Assembly (NCBI GenBank): GCA_015233935.1
Contig: JADFXB010000005.1
Span: forward strand, 4,070-68,069
Length of the DNA stretch: 64,000 nucleotides
Direction of reading: 5' to 3'
Origin: Magnetococcales bacterium
Lineage (GTDB): Bacteria > Pseudomonadota > Magnetococcia > Magnetococcales > JADFXB01
In this document: positions 63,978 through 64,000 of the stretch, one piece after another
Position numbering within the stretch: position 1 is the stretch's first letter
Layout: each line of letters opens with the position of its first letter
Position numbers and translations under genes: made by a program
The notes under the pieces: generated by a model
Databases searched by the model: none
The model's input: the letters and a program-made list of their open reading frames with translations, nothing else
Told to the model about the DNA's origin: nothing

Positions 63978-64000
63978 GGCGATACGGCAACCCAACGCTA

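Noticed and set aside
1-64000. Scan for tRNA, rRNA, tmRNA, transposase, integrase and CRISPR features
   Set aside because: I recognised none in any intergenic gap or ORF translation. This is a by-eye negative result and should be confirmed with tRNAscan-SE, Infernal and ISfinder-type searches.

Overview
This is a 64-kb chromosomal window from a moderately GC-rich, Gram-negative (proteobacterium-like) genome. I call about 60 protein-coding genes. I saw no rRNA, tRNA or CRISPR array by eye. All function calls come from motif and family recognition in the supplied translations and from my own reading of the DNA. No database search was run.

The backbone is conserved housekeeping operons: rpsF-priB-rpsR-(DUF2232-like membrane gene)-rplI, rpsP-rimM-trmD-rplS-rnhB, rho-rpmE, pilD-coaE, class I fumarase, a PiT phosphate transporter and dCMP deaminase.

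Between them lies an unusually dense signalling repertoire: 3 sensor kinases plus 1 pseudo-kinase, 4 REC proteins, 2 GGDEF, 2 EAL, 2 HDOD, 1 degenerate HD-GYP and 1 PilZ.

The loci most worth a second look:
1. **DabA operon (left edge).** A translationally coupled operon in which a DUF2309/DabA carbonic-anhydrase-like protein sits between a NuoM-like and a NuoL-like antiporter subunit. A fourth hydrophobic gene runs off the window. This is larger than the described two-component DAB pumps.
2. **P-loop NTPase plus PPP-type metallophosphatase.** The pair's 3' end overlaps the convergent PiT gene by 72 nt.
3. **Lipobox protein.** A bizarre low-complexity protein carrying a 36-bp tandem repeat.
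4. **Orphan Mu gp29-like (DUF935) portal homologue.** It abuts rnhB.
5. **AT-rich segment (about 31.3-36.6 kb).** It carries a prokaryotic pentameric ligand-gated ion channel, a CapD-type dehydratase and a long divergent aspartate-carbamoyltransferase paralogue.
6. **Frameshifted, toxin-less Phd/YefM antitoxin.**
7. **Heme-c sensor kinase operon.** It has REC-HDOD and REC-degenerate-HD-GYP partners.
8. **Very AT-rich 480-nt divergent intergenic region.** It is bracketed by a repeated 17-18-nt motif and lies next to a TorR/TorS-like pair whose kinase lacks ATP-binding boxes.
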